Shown: positions 1 to 9,775 of the stretch, one piece after another
How the letters are laid out: every line of letters begins with the position of its first letter
Numbering within the stretch: position 1 is the first letter of the stretch
IMG/VR virus record: IMGVR_UViG_3300009504_000946
Coordinates: 2,558 to 66,557 of that record
DNA: 64,000 bases
Direction: 5' to 3' (one strand)
DNA from: a virus
Notes under the pieces: model-generated
What the model was told of the DNA's origin: nothing
The model's database searches: none
The model's input: only the letters and a program-made list of their open reading frames with translations
Program-made: the position numbers and the translations under genes

Positions 1-108
1 AATACCCACCACCATGACCAATCAATCTTACCAATCAACTTGAGGACAATAAAAACTATTGTCAATAGTCCAGCGAAACCTATTCCACCAGAGCTGCTGC
101 TTGAACTA

Positions 109-348
109 CTATTTCCCATCTTCCTTATTTTTATCCATTAACTCATCAAACCTATCGAATTCATCAACTAATTTTGACAATGATTCTTTCAAATCTTTAA
201 ATCCACCTTCTTTTGAGATTTTTTGTTTTTCTTCATCAGATAACCTCGATGTCTCTTTGATTAAATCAGCAATTCCATCATCAATCTTATTACTCAAAGA
301 CATAGCTTGGTCTAATAGCTCTTGTGGTGTTGGTTTTTCTTTACTCAT
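109..348 (-). CDS. Hypothetical protein
   Basis: ORF; probable start MSKEKPT at 348, overlapping the upstream stop. Confidence 0.6.
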   Translation of the reverse strand: MSKEKPTPQELLDQAMSLSNKIDDGIADLIKETSRLSDEEKQKISKEGGFKDLKESLSKLVDEFDRFDELMDKNKEDGK

Positions 349-1072
349 CTTCTTTTTTATTTTCGTGCAATTTACAAATTTCATCCCAGTCAACCACAAC
401 TGGCTCGTTGGCAACATAATACTGCAAGTTTAACACACTGCAGTTAATAAGTCTCATTATTTTTCCTGGCTTAGATTGGTCCTCAAAGTCCAAAATCTCC
501 TTGTCATCAATTCCATAGGCCTCGTGAATATGTCCGAAGCTACAAATCTTTGGCTGAATCTCTGTAAGTCTTCTTGCAAGGTCTGCACACCCAACCAAGT
601 CTCCACCTCGACATCTCTCAAGATGAGTTCCAGCTGGAGGGCCATGAACAACAACAATGTCCGTTCCCTCCTCAATAAGGTCCCAGTGCTTCTTAATATC
701 CTCCCCACGCATTGCATTAAATGCCCATGAGTGAAACCATGGAGTCCAAGGACTTCCAAATATCTTTATTCCCTCGATTGTGATTGTCTCATCTTCAAGA
801 TAAATAATATTAGATGGAATTATCTCTCTTGGATTCTCACCTGGTCGAAGACTTCTATTTCTTACGTGACTTGGCTCAAACCAGAAGTCATGGTTACCAG
901 GAATGAATATTTTATACTTATGAGGAAGAGCGCTGAACCAATCAAGAAATGACCGAACCTCAGACCTATCACCTTTCATTGAAATATCTCCACAGCAGAT
1001 AGCCATGTCAGCATCGGGAATTGACAATTCATAATGAAACCCATGTGGGTCAGAAAAAAATACTATTTTCAT
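341..1072 (-). CDS. Calcineurin-like metallophosphoesterase
   Basis: Motifs SDPHG, CGD, PGNHD, VHGPP, FGHIHE. Confidence 0.9.
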   Translation of the reverse strand: MKIVFFSDPHGFHYELSIPDADMAICCGDISMKGDRSEVRSFLDWFSALPHKYKIFIPGNHDFWFEPSHVRNRSLRPGENPREIIPSNIIYLEDETITIEGIKIFGSPWTPWFHSWAFNAMRGEDIKKHWDLIEEGTDIVVVHGPPAGTHLERCRGGDLVGCADLARRLTEIQPKICSFGHIHEAYGIDDKEILDFEDQSKPGKIMRLINCSVLNLQYYVANEPVVVDWDEICKLHENKKEDE

Positions 1073-1581
1073 TTTTTAATCTCTTTAGCCAGGTATTTAT
1101 GTCCTGAGCCTGGTTTAACTTTTTCAAGCGCCCTATAAGCACTTGAAGATACATGCATGTAAGCTGGGTCAGCAAATAAACAAATTATGTCAAGTTCTGG
1201 CATTTGGTCCCACATAAACCGAATCTGGTTATACTCATAGTCAAAATCATGTCCATTTCTAAGACCACGAATGACAACAACATTTTTTTCAGTTTCTTCT
1301 TTTTTTTGTCTGACATACTCAGTCAAAAAACCATAATAACCCTCAACTGGCCTTGATGGAATCTGTCTCCTTATGTTTTCAACCCTTAAATCATTATGGG
1401 GAACATAAACAGTTTGTCTAAGATTTCCAATCTCATAAGTTTCTGTTATCTTATCTGGATTAATACCAACAGCAACTATGACATTTCCCTTTCCAAATAT
1501 TCTCTCAGCCTTGTCAATAATATTTTGATGACCTATTGTCATTGGATTGAAACTTCCTGGATATATTGCAATTGTTTTCAT
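1069..1581 (-). CDS. coaD: Phosphopantetheine adenylyltransferase
   Basis: IAIYPGSFNPMTIGH, IRGLRNGHDFDYE, VSSS; start trimmed to MKTIAIY. Confidence 0.85.
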   Translation of the reverse strand: MKTIAIYPGSFNPMTIGHQNIIDKAERIFGKGNVIVAVGINPDKITETYEIGNLRQTVYVPHNDLRVENIRRQIPSRPVEGYYGFLTEYVRQKKEETEKNVVVIRGLRNGHDFDYEYNQIRFMWDQMPELDIICLFADPAYMHVSSSAYRALEKVKPGSGHKYLAKEIKK

Positions 1582-1586
1582 AACTA

Positions 1587-1802
1587 TTATAATCCTGAAC
1601 AAGCGCCTTCGCCAAGCACCTCTTCCATTCTGTTTTTAATTTTTTGCCTCACCTCTTTGAATTGTATGCACAATTGACGAAGCTCATCGTCTTCAATGTT
1701 CTCAAGAGTCATCCAACCATCAATGGCGTAGTCAAGGCCCTCACTTATCATGACAGCCTTAACTTCTTCCATTGTATATTTTGAATCGTCAGAGAAACCC
1801 AT
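1587..1802 (-). CDS. Hypothetical protein
   Basis: Tightly packed ORF in operon. Confidence 0.6.
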   Translation of the reverse strand: MGFSDDSKYTMEEVKAVMISEGLDYAIDGWMTLENIEDDELRQLCIQFKEVRQKIKNRMEEVLGEGACSGL

Positions 1803-2500
1803 TATTTTTTGCCTCCAAAAAGAATTTGGTCAACACAACCGTACTCCTTAGCTTCCTTAGCGGTCATCCAGAAATCTCTGTCACAATCTTTGTTGATTGT
1901 TTCATAATCTTTTCCAGTATGCTTTACAATGATTTCATAAAGCTCCTTCTTAAGCTTGTTTATTTCTCTAACTGTAATCTCCATGTCAGTTGCTTGACCA
2001 TGAGCTCCACCAAGTGGTTGATGTTGCATATATCTTGCGTGAGGAAGAGATAACCTCTTTCCCTTGGTTCCAGAGCAAGCAAGAACATACGCCATTGAGG
2101 CGGCAATTCCAGTATTTACTGTTACGATGTCTGGTCCAACAAACTGCATTACATCATAAATTCCAAGACCAGCATACACGCTTCCACCTGGACTGTTGAA
2201 GTAAATTGTAATATCTTTCTTTGCATCAATTGACTCAAGATACAACAATTGTGCGTTCACAACATTTGCAACAGTGTCATCAATTCCCATTCCCAAGAAA
2301 ATAATTCTATCCATCATCAATCTTGAGAAAACATCCATTGCCACCGCATTTAACTGCCTCTCTTCAATAATGTTTGGAGTCATTGCTTGTGGAATCAAAA
2401 TTCCATTTGCCGCTTTCTTGTAGTCACCCATTGTAGTGGTTCCAATCCCTTTGTCTCTTGCGAAAAGCTCAAAACCCTTTGCTGTACTTTCGATATTCAT
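1802..2500 (-). CDS. clpP: ATP-dependent Clp protease proteolytic subunit
   Basis: DVFSRLMMDRIIFLG, NSPGGSV, AASMA (catalytic Ser), HQPLGG, DRDFWM. Confidence 0.95.
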   Translation of the reverse strand: MNIESTAKGFELFARDKGIGTTTMGDYKKAANGILIPQAMTPNIIEERQLNAVAMDVFSRLMMDRIIFLGMGIDDTVANVVNAQLLYLESIDAKKDITIYFNSPGGSVYAGLGIYDVMQFVGPDIVTVNTGIAASMAYVLACSGTKGKRLSLPHARYMQHQPLGGAHGQATDMEITVREINKLKKELYEIIVKHTGKDYETINKDCDRDFWMTAKEAKEYGCVDQILFGGKK

Positions 2501-2520
2501 ATCTCTCTTTTTTTGTTTGT

Positions 2521-3078
2521 TTATTTAAAATTTGGCTCAACGAAATCAATTGACTTCAAAACCTTATTATCATTTTTTCTCTTAATAATCCAGTATTCAC
2601 CAACCTTTTCATGGTAGCACTCAATTACATCTCCCATCTTATTTGGGTGTGTTCCCTTTGCATATGCTTCAACTGACTCTTGCGCTTGTTCTTCTGTGGA
2701 GCAAAACTTTGAGAAGTTTGAATCCATTACTTCACTGAAGTCTTCGTTAAACTTATCTTGTATTCCCGCAAAATGAATTAGATTACCCATAACCACTCTT
2801 AGGTCTGCACATGCATCTCTAAGTTCTGTTAAATCTCCTTCTTTTCTACCTCTTTCTTTTTCTTCTAATGAATTTATTATTTTAGAAGCGGCACTTTTCA
2901 TTGTCAACGCAAAATCAAGAAGTTCTTCATCTGAACCAGATTCTGCTGCTTCAATTAATTCCTCAAGAACCAATCCAAGGGCAAGTTGAAACTTGTCACT
3001 CTCTGGAAACTTTGGCTCACTTGGAGCTTCTACTCCCGCAAGAGTTAGCCAGTCTGATATTCTTTTTTGTTCATTCAT
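2521..3078 (-). CDS. All-alpha NTP pyrophosphohydrolase (MazG/PRA-PH-like)
   Basis: LEELIE...ELRDACAD...EVMDSNFSK...KVLKS pattern. Confidence 0.75.
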   Translation of the reverse strand: MNEQKRISDWLTLAGVEAPSEPKFPESDKFQLALGLVLEELIEAAESGSDEELLDFALTMKSAASKIINSLEEKERGRKEGDLTELRDACADLRVVMGNLIHFAGIQDKFNEDFSEVMDSNFSKFCSTEEQAQESVEAYAKGTHPNKMGDVIECYHEKVGEYWIIKRKNDNKVLKSIDFVEPNFK

Positions 3079-3361
3079 ATTTTCTATCTATACTTAAAAT
3101 TCTATGTTTTATTAATTCTGTAAACACCTTTTCAATTCCATATTCAGATAAAATTTTACTCTTATTTTGTCCACTTATTTTGTCAAAAACATATGAACTT
3201 ACAGAAGCTTTATAAGCTATCTTAACTTTGCAATCTGTAGTCACTTCTTTATTATGATATATAGTATCAGAATACCAAGTATCAACTTCTGCAATCTCAA
3301 AATTATTAATCTCTAAGTAATTAATCATTTCATCTTCTGAAAAATATAATTCTAATTTCAT
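3071..3361 (-). CDS. Hypothetical protein
   Basis: Packed ORF. Confidence 0.55.
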   Translation of the reverse strand: MKLELYFSEDEMINYLEINNFEIAEVDTWYSDTIYHNKEVTTDCKVKIAYKASVSSYVFDKISGQNKSKILSEYGIEKVFTELIKHRILSIDRKYE

Positions 3362-3362
3362 A

Positions 3363-3635
3363 TCAAAATCCTAAATAATAATCACTATGCTTAAGGTAAA
3401 ACTTTGTTGCCTCAAATTTCTTCATGTCAAGCCACTGAGAAAATGAAATCTGAGATGTCTTTATTCCTCCAACATCTTTTCTAAAATCTTCTCTATATCT
3501 AACCTGAGCTTCTCTCATGTCTACGTTAAATCCAAGTGAAACAAATTCGAAAGAACGCTGTTCTTCTTGCATTTCTCTCTTATATTTTTCTACTTCAGAG
3601 TTTAATTTTTGCTGATGTTCTAATCCTTCAATCAT
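3363..3635 (-). CDS. Hypothetical protein
   Basis: Packed ORF. Confidence 0.55.
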   Translation of the reverse strand: MIEGLEHQQKLNSEVEKYKREMQEEQRSFEFVSLGFNVDMREAQVRYREDFRKDVGGIKTSQISFSQWLDMKKFEATKFYLKHSDYYLGF

Positions 3636-4486
3636 ATGCCCCTCAATTCTTCGATTACAAAATTTTCACCTTGAATTATAAGTGATGTCAAAGCCATCTC
3701 AGGATTTGACTTATTAATTAAGGCAACTTGTTTTTCATCATGATGATATGTGAACAAGTTATTAAAAACTTTCTGTACTGGCACCAATAATTCAAAATTA
3801 GTGTGAGGATTTTTCTCATGCACCAAAGATGTCATATCATGGAAAATAAAGACATTTTCTGGATTATTATACACAAATGAATAATCACTTGGGTCCATCA
3901 AACTTGTGATTGGAACATTGATGTCTCCACTATATATTAGTACAGCATAATCTTCAGAATCATTACCCGTGTCGAAGTGAAAAATAAGTCCAGAGTTAGG
4001 GAAATCATTTACTGGCCAGTGATGCTTTGTGGTATCAATCTTGGTAACACTTATTGCATCTTCTTCAATATACAAATACTTCTCAGTGCTAATTTCATAT
4101 TGTTCTTCTGGATGTCCGCAAATATCTAAGTAACCCTTAACTCTCTCGGCAACTTCTGGAGTACACTCAATTTGGGTTTTTTTTCCATGAATGAAGTATC
4201 TTTCATAAACCAAGGTACTCAAACCATTTATATGGTCTTCATGAGTATGAGTTATAAAAACAATGTCAATATCACCTATTAAATTAGATTTTCTAAGTTT
4301 AGAGTAGGCTGTATATCCACAATCTATTAAAAAGACCTTTCCAGCTCTTGTATTTAGAAGTGCGCTCGCAGTCCCCTCATCAACATCAAAAGCACCACCT
4401 ATACCAAGGAATGTAATATCAACAAGGCTTTTTCCAGTTCCACCAAGTGCGTGCTCAATCCCTTTTCTAATTTTAAATTTCGACAT
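3632..4486 (-). CDS. Metallo-beta-lactamase-fold hydrolase (RNase Z-like)
   Basis: FLGIGGAF, LIDCG, THTHEDHING, YSGD. Confidence 0.8.
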   Translation of the reverse strand: MSKFKIRKGIEHALGGTGKSLVDITFLGIGGAFDVDEGTASALLNTRAGKVFLIDCGYTAYSKLRKSNLIGDIDIVFITHTHEDHINGLSTLVYERYFIHGKKTQIECTPEVAERVKGYLDICGHPEEQYEISTEKYLYIEEDAISVTKIDTTKHHWPVNDFPNSGLIFHFDTGNDSEDYAVLIYSGDINVPITSLMDPSDYSFVYNNPENVFIFHDMTSLVHEKNPHTNFELLVPVQKVFNNLFTYHHDEKQVALINKSNPEMALTSLIIQGENFVIEELRGI

Positions 4487-4502
4487 GTTTCTTAATTTAA
4501 TT

Positions 4503-4534
4503 CAAAAGTATACAGAAAATATGATTTATGCAAA
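4503..4534 (-). promoter_or_regulatory. Bacteroidota-type housekeeping promoter (-33/-7)
   Basis: TTTG-N20-TACTTTTG upstream of the 4486 start. Confidence 0.6.
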
Positions 4535-4538
4535 TATT

Positions 4539-5720
4539 TTAAACTTTATCTACTAAAAATAAACCAAGCTTTTTCATGCCAAGCTCAAGGTCTTCTTTTA
4601 AGTTACTGAACATAACCATATTTTCTGGGCTTCCTTCAATTCTGTGAGTCACATATAAACTGTTAATCATCTTGCAGTGTTCAACAAGAGCGTTGAAGAG
4701 GATGTTTGGTTGTAGATTATACAAAGACTTCATATACTTAAATTGAAGCTCTGTACTATTAAATTTATCATCAATTTTCGCACCTATTGCTCCAGCACTT
4801 GTTAGTCGAGCAAGAGTGTAAGACAAATAAAGCCCAGGAGAGTTCTTTGGATTTTTCAACAAATCTAAGTCAATCTTTTTATCCTTAGTTGGCTCTATCT
4901 TCAATATAAATCCAGCAAGAACATTGTACACAAGATTCCAGTCATTATTAAATTCCTTCAGACAATCTTCTATTAGGTCATTAAAATATATCACATTACC
5001 ATCTCGACTTGACATCTTTTTCTTTAACTTGACAAGGCCCAATCCGATATGATTGGTGTTCGGATAAAATTTCTTTAAATTCTTAAAGTGCCCATTCTGC
5101 TCATGACCAGTTAGGTAAAGAGTCGGGGCATCAAGAACAGCAGCAAGAGCTATGTCTTGATAAAAATAACTTGTGGAGCCATCGCTCTTAATCCCAACTA
5201 TTTTTTCTTCTCCAGTATTAAAGACATTTGTTCCAGCATATTCTCCTTCACCATCCTCAAGTTTATCCCCTAAGTAAATCATGTGTGACGCATAAAACAC
5301 TTGAGATACGTCAAGGTCAAAAGTTTCACAATATGTTTGATACATTTTATAGGCCTCTTGTTTCTCGACAGCACCCTCAAGAGTATCACCAAGTATAGAT
5401 ATGAACTCTTGACCCACATCCATCGACTGAAATGCTTTGGCAAGAATAAAGTTTGACATGTGACCAACGTGAAGGTGTTTGTTTAAGTTTGGACTAAATC
5501 CATCTACATATCTATATTGTGAGAACTTTTCAAAACACTCAGAAATATCATAGTTTTTTGGGACCAAGATGTTAGTATATCCACCTTTGCCTTCTTGGAT
5601 TTTAAATCCCCAGCTATTTGCCCACTTTACTATTTTAACATCTGGAGTTCCGTAAACACAAAACCCAAATCCCAATTCTGAAGGAAGTGTTCGAACTTCG
5701 TTTATATTAATCTTTTCCAT
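4539..5720 (-). CDS. argS: Arginyl-tRNA synthetase, shortened (393 aa)
   Basis: FSPNLNKHLHVGH (HIGH), KSDGSTSYFYQDIA, KMSSRDGN, YLSYTLARL (DALR domain). Confidence 0.85.
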   Translation of the reverse strand: MEKININEVRTLPSELGFGFCVYGTPDVKIVKWANSWGFKIQEGKGGYTNILVPKNYDISECFEKFSQYRYVDGFSPNLNKHLHVGHMSNFILAKAFQSMDVGQEFISILGDTLEGAVEKQEAYKMYQTYCETFDLDVSQVFYASHMIYLGDKLEDGEGEYAGTNVFNTGEEKIVGIKSDGSTSYFYQDIALAAVLDAPTLYLTGHEQNGHFKNLKKFYPNTNHIGLGLVKLKKKMSSRDGNVIYFNDLIEDCLKEFNNDWNLVYNVLAGFILKIEPTKDKKIDLDLLKNPKNSPGLYLSYTLARLTSAGAIGAKIDDKFNSTELQFKYMKSLYNLQPNILFNALVEHCKMINSLYVTHRIEGSPENMVMFSNLKEDLELGMKKLGLFLVDKV

Positions 5721-6336
5721 TAATTTGCTTTTTGTTGATATTCTGGCATTTCACCGAGATTTAATAAATCATTTTGAGCCATTTTTATTATGTACTCTGA
5801 ACGTTCTTCATACATTCCAATAGCCTTTATGCCATTAACTCCCTTTTCAAGTTTTGGGTAGAAATTAACCGCTGTACCTATTGTCATGTGAAATCCGAAG
5901 TATGGCTTAGCTGGAAGACCGAGCTCCACTCTAATGGCACCAAGTTCATCTCGGTACTCATATGGAACGGTGAGCCACCAGTCAACATAATTTCCCATCC
6001 TATTCTTAATTCCAAGAAATGGGTCCACATGCAAGTAGATGTCAATTTCCTTCCCATCCCACTTAGCCTTAATTTCTTCCCACTTACCATTTGTATCTGA
6101 TGCTCTATCATTGATAATAGTTACGTGAGCTCCTCTAATTGGTCTGTGAAGCGGCAAGTTAAATCTTTTCTTGAAAACCAAGCATAATAATCCGCAATGC
6201 CTTTTTCGCCCAAATTAAGGTCAGGCTCAAGAACAACCATAGCAAATTTCTTCCACTCAGATTGACGACTTTGCTTGTTGGTCACCTCCTCTGGGTCGAA
6301 AATTATTGTTCCTGATATTTTTATGCAATTTTTCAT
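5720..6336 (-). pseudogene. 2H phosphoesterase-like gene split by a one-base frameshift near 6175
   Basis: ORF 6121-6336 (..DYYAWF) joins ORF 5720-6181 (FKKRFNL..AHVT..FHMT); two HxT motifs. Confidence 0.6.
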
Positions 6337-6340
6337 AATA

Positions 6341-6368
6341 AAAAATAGGGCTCAAAAAGCCCTATTTG
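6341..6368 (-). terminator. Intrinsic terminator
   Basis: AAATAGGGCT-loop-AGCCCTATTT followed by T run on minus strand. Confidence 0.7.
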
Positions 6369-6393
6369 TAATACCTATTTTAAAAAATATTAC

Positions 6394-6861
6394 TTAAGCT
6401 TTCTTGTATATGGTCCAAACCCCCTTACCCTCTGTATTGAATACAGCGAAATTATCTTCAAACATTAATATGTGTCCTGTTATTAATGTGAAATCCATGT
6501 TAAATGTTTTTCCAATCACATTAAAAATAGCACCTTCTTCAGTTGGAATAATAACAATGTCAACTATAGTTGTTGTATCATTATTAAAAACAAGATTTCC
6601 CCCTAAATAATCACTCTTTTCGAGAAATATGCAGCTAATCCCAGCAATTCTTCTTCCATTTGGAAGAATAATAACTTCATCGGTAGAGCAGGTTCTCACT
6701 TCAATATCATATCCTGACACTAAACTTGAACCAACGATATATTGAACCTTCGGCTCTCCAGTGTAAGATGAATTTTTATTTGCTACATAAGACACAAGAT
6801 TATCTTGTGAATAAGAAAGTGCTCCCAATAGCAAAAAGGCGAGTAATAAAATTGCTTTCAT
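6394..6861 (-). CDS. Hypothetical secreted protein
   Basis: N-terminal signal peptide MKAILLLAFLLLGALSYSQ. Confidence 0.65.
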   Translation of the reverse strand: MKAILLLAFLLLGALSYSQDNLVSYVANKNSSYTGEPKVQYIVGSSLVSGYDIEVRTCSTDEVIILPNGRRIAGISCIFLEKSDYLGGNLVFNNDTTTIVDIVIIPTEEGAIFNVIGKTFNMDFTLITGHILMFEDNFAVFNTEGKGVWTIYKKA

Positions 6862-6862
6862 T

Positions 6863-7282
6863 TTATATTAGATTTAATTGTTTCTCTGCTGTTTCTTTTA
6901 CAAACTTCATATCAGCCTCAAGACCTTTGAAAGCTCCCATGATTCTACCAATATTATTGGCACCACCATCAATAACCTCTTTGACTTTAACTTCAATTTC
7001 TCCCTCAGACATTTGAGCAGGGATGTATGAATTAAGAATTTCAATTTCTCTATCAGATAGAGAAGAAACCACATCTATTCCCATCTGTCTCATTTTATCC
7101 ATGCTCTCATCGTTTCTCTTTAGCATTGACTTACACTTAGAAACGACCTCTTTATCATCTGGAGTCTTTGTGTTCTTTGTGAGCTCACCTCTTAGAAGAC
7201 CCAAGAAATCTTTTGTTTCCATGTCCTTAGCCTTGTAGGCAGCCATGAAATCACTGTTTATTTTTTCAATTAAATTTGACAT
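6863..7282 (-). CDS. GatB/YqeY domain protein
   Basis: INSDFMAAYKAKD, EIEILNSYIPAQMSEGEI, IGRIMG. Confidence 0.85.
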   Translation of the reverse strand: MSNLIEKINSDFMAAYKAKDMETKDFLGLLRGELTKNTKTPDDKEVVSKCKSMLKRNDESMDKMRQMGIDVVSSLSDREIEILNSYIPAQMSEGEIEVKVKEVIDGGANNIGRIMGAFKGLEADMKFVKETAEKQLNLI

Positions 7283-7302
7283 AATAGTTTGATATTAGAT
7301 AG

Positions 7303-7334
7303 CGAAATTAAAACAAAAAAAGTAATTAAGCAAA
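7303..7334 (-). promoter_or_regulatory. Bacteroidota-type promoter (variant)
   Basis: TTTG-N20-TAATTTCG. Confidence 0.45.
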
Positions 7335-7347
7335 TAAAAAATAAAAT

Positions 7348-8487
7348 TTATTCGTCATTCCAACAAAAACACCCAGATTCCGCATTATGACAAGAATTAC
7401 AAAGTCCAATAAAAACATTTATTGCCTTTCTCATTTGCTTTTCACTCATACTCGGAACCTCTTCCCTAAGCCTTTTAACAAGATACGGATATTCTAACAC
7501 AATCTCACTCATGCTCATTTCTCCATCTGGAATGATTATCTCATCAATAGAGTCATCATCCACAGACCACACAGCAATTTCACCATCACTCATGAACATC
7601 AGGTCCCTCTTATCAAGAGGTTCTTTTAAAATATGAGTCTTGAAGTACTTGAAAAATTTATTTCCAGGAACTTTAAATAGAAGTGTATATTTTTCAGACA
7701 AACCACCCATCTTAACTTGATACTGAGTCTGAACACACATTCCAGCTCCGATGCTCTCATTCTTAAAAACCTTGTAGTGAGTCCGCATGTTGATTGATTC
7801 ATTCTGCACTATATTTCCAATAGCACTCAGCAAAATGTTTACTCTATTTACAGCAAGCTTGTGGTCTGGCCTAAGCTTAACAATAAATTCGTCATGTGAG
7901 ATGAATACGAAGTCGGATTCTAAAAACCCATAGTCTGCAATTAACTTATCAACAATAATTACAATGTTTTGATGTTGTGTCTTTTGAAGTCTCTTCGGAT
8001 TTGTATTTCCAAAAACATATTGCCTAAATGATTTTGACTTAGCAAGGGTTTGGTGAATGTCGAGTGCAATGCATAACTCCTCCCAGCTCCCAAATAACTC
8101 ACCACTATCATCATAAGTCTTTAGAGCGCTGTAGTTAGCTGCCTTAAAATCTATTGAGATAAGATAAGTATTATCATTATTTCTAAGCTCATCCTTGGTT
8201 CTAAGTTTAGAATCATTAAAAGTGGCCTTCTGAAGATTTTCATAAGCAGCTGTATTCAATAAATAATCCCTCAACTTTGGCAGGGCGTAGTCAAGTTTAT
8301 ATGACTTTGCGCTGGCATATATACCACCAGCCTCAATATCCCTTTCATATTGCTCAAACTCCTTAATTACACCGCCAAATCCAGCATAAAACGGAGACCT
8401 CATCAAAGTCTCTGCATAATACTGGTGATGCTCCTCAACTGGAAAGTTCACCTTAAACAATTTTTCAAATTCCGCTATATCTTTCAT
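7348..8487 (-). CDS. Hypothetical protein with polymerase-palm-like motifs
   Basis: ISIDFKAANY and ISHDEFIV resemble family A polymerase motifs A and C. Confidence 0.6.
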   Translation of the reverse strand: MKDIAEFEKLFKVNFPVEEHHQYYAETLMRSPFYAGFGGVIKEFEQYERDIEAGGIYASAKSYKLDYALPKLRDYLLNTAAYENLQKATFNDSKLRTKDELRNNDNTYLISIDFKAANYSALKTYDDSGELFGSWEELCIALDIHQTLAKSKSFRQYVFGNTNPKRLQKTQHQNIVIIVDKLIADYGFLESDFVFISHDEFIVKLRPDHKLAVNRVNILLSAIGNIVQNESINMRTHYKVFKNESIGAGMCVQTQYQVKMGGLSEKYTLLFKVPGNKFFKYFKTHILKEPLDKRDLMFMSDGEIAVWSVDDDSIDEIIIPDGEMSMSEIVLEYPYLVKRLREEVPSMSEKQMRKAINVFIGLCNSCHNAESGCFCWNDE

Positions 8488-8492
8488 ATAAT

Positions 8493-9737
8493 TTATTTCT
8501 TATAAAATTCTTTTCTAATTTTGATAAGAGTTTCATCAATTAATTTAGTTGGAACTTCATCTGGCAGACCACTATCATCAAATAGAACAATAAGGTCTTC
8601 CATTTCTTTCTCAGCCCAGGTAATAAGCTCTTCAAGCTTAACCCTACCTTTTCTGATGTCGAGAAGCTCTTCTCTATTAGGCCTTCTGATAGTCATAGTT
8701 CCAGTCTCTGCAATTTCTCTTGCAATCTGCAGCAATCTCTTGCAGTGCATAAGGTTCTTGCCATCATACTGTTGACCATGCTCCTTGTTATCAACCCATC
8801 GCTGCTCATTTCTGTTAACAAGCCAATCTTGATAAGAATTATAATCTTTGCAATGAGCTGTATAGCCATCTTTGTTATAAACTATAATGGCCATAACTTC
8901 TTCTCCCTTTGGAATTGATGAAAGTCTAAGTTGATTTGACTCAGCTACATTTTCGCCAACACCCGTCTTAGCAATACCTTTATATCCAAGACCAACTGTT
9001 CCACCCCCTCTTTTATAGTGATTTTTATTAAACTCCCTATCGTCCTCACTTTCAAGTTCTGAAAAACAATAGTGAGCCTTGTGGTCATAAAATAAGGCAT
9101 ATACATCTCTGGCATTTGGAATCTTTGAGATACCACAAAACTTTTGTTCTCTCCCAGTTTCCTCAAGCCAAACTTTAATAGGCTTTGTGCCATAACCCTC
9201 GATTACATAACAGAAGTCGATAGGCTCCTTACGAGTAACTCTATCTTTTTCCCAATTCTGCATCTTATCCATTCCTCTTGCCTTCTGAATTTGCTTGCGA
9301 GCATATCCAGCAAATGAACTCTTACACCTCTTTGTTAGAAGCTGGTCCCTCATGTCAATCGCATGTTGATATACTGGATGCTTTGTAATAATGCAATCCT
9401 CTGGACTGTAAAATAATTCTAAGACTGTTGGGTTATTGCTGTGAGCAAGCTCCAGGAACCTTCGAATTTCAAATCCAGTGTAATCTGCGTGAACTCTAAT
9501 TTGGTCTTTATATTCAAAGTCAAGTCCATATAAGTATTCTTGAGGAAGTATATATACAAATGATTTATCTATATCTGACTCTGGAGTGTTTGTCCCATGT
9601 GCCTGAGAACCAGTAATAGCCTCAAATAAGATGCAATTATTATCTTTAAGAAAATGATAAAACTCAAGGGCTTTTTGCTCCTTGAGTTTCATTTCATTTT
9701 CCTTATTTTTTAAATCTTGTTCAATTGCCTTTGTCAT
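8493..9737 (-). CDS. Pol-beta-superfamily nucleotidyltransferase (YcgL/RlaP-like)
   Basis: GSQAHGTNTPESDID, NNPTVLE, YDGKNLMHCKRLL, LLDIRKG; start set at MTKAIEQ downstream of the promoter. Confidence 0.85.
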   Translation of the reverse strand: MTKAIEQDLKNKENEMKLKEQKALEFYHFLKDNNCILFEAITGSQAHGTNTPESDIDKSFVYILPQEYLYGLDFEYKDQIRVHADYTGFEIRRFLELAHSNNPTVLELFYSPEDCIITKHPVYQHAIDMRDQLLTKRCKSSFAGYARKQIQKARGMDKMQNWEKDRVTRKEPIDFCYVIEGYGTKPIKVWLEETGREQKFCGISKIPNARDVYALFYDHKAHYCFSELESEDDREFNKNHYKRGGGTVGLGYKGIAKTGVGENVAESNQLRLSSIPKGEEVMAIIVYNKDGYTAHCKDYNSYQDWLVNRNEQRWVDNKEHGQQYDGKNLMHCKRLLQIAREIAETGTMTIRRPNREELLDIRKGRVKLEELITWAEKEMEDLIVLFDDSGLPDEVPTKLIDETLIKIRKEFYKK

Positions 9738-9745
9738 ACCACTTA

Positions 9746-9771
9746 TACGTAACAATTTAAAAAATGTTTCA
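9746..9771 (-). promoter_or_regulatory. ECF-sigma-type promoter
   Basis: TGAAAC-N16-CGTA(TAA). Confidence 0.75.
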
Positions 9772-9775
9772 TGAA

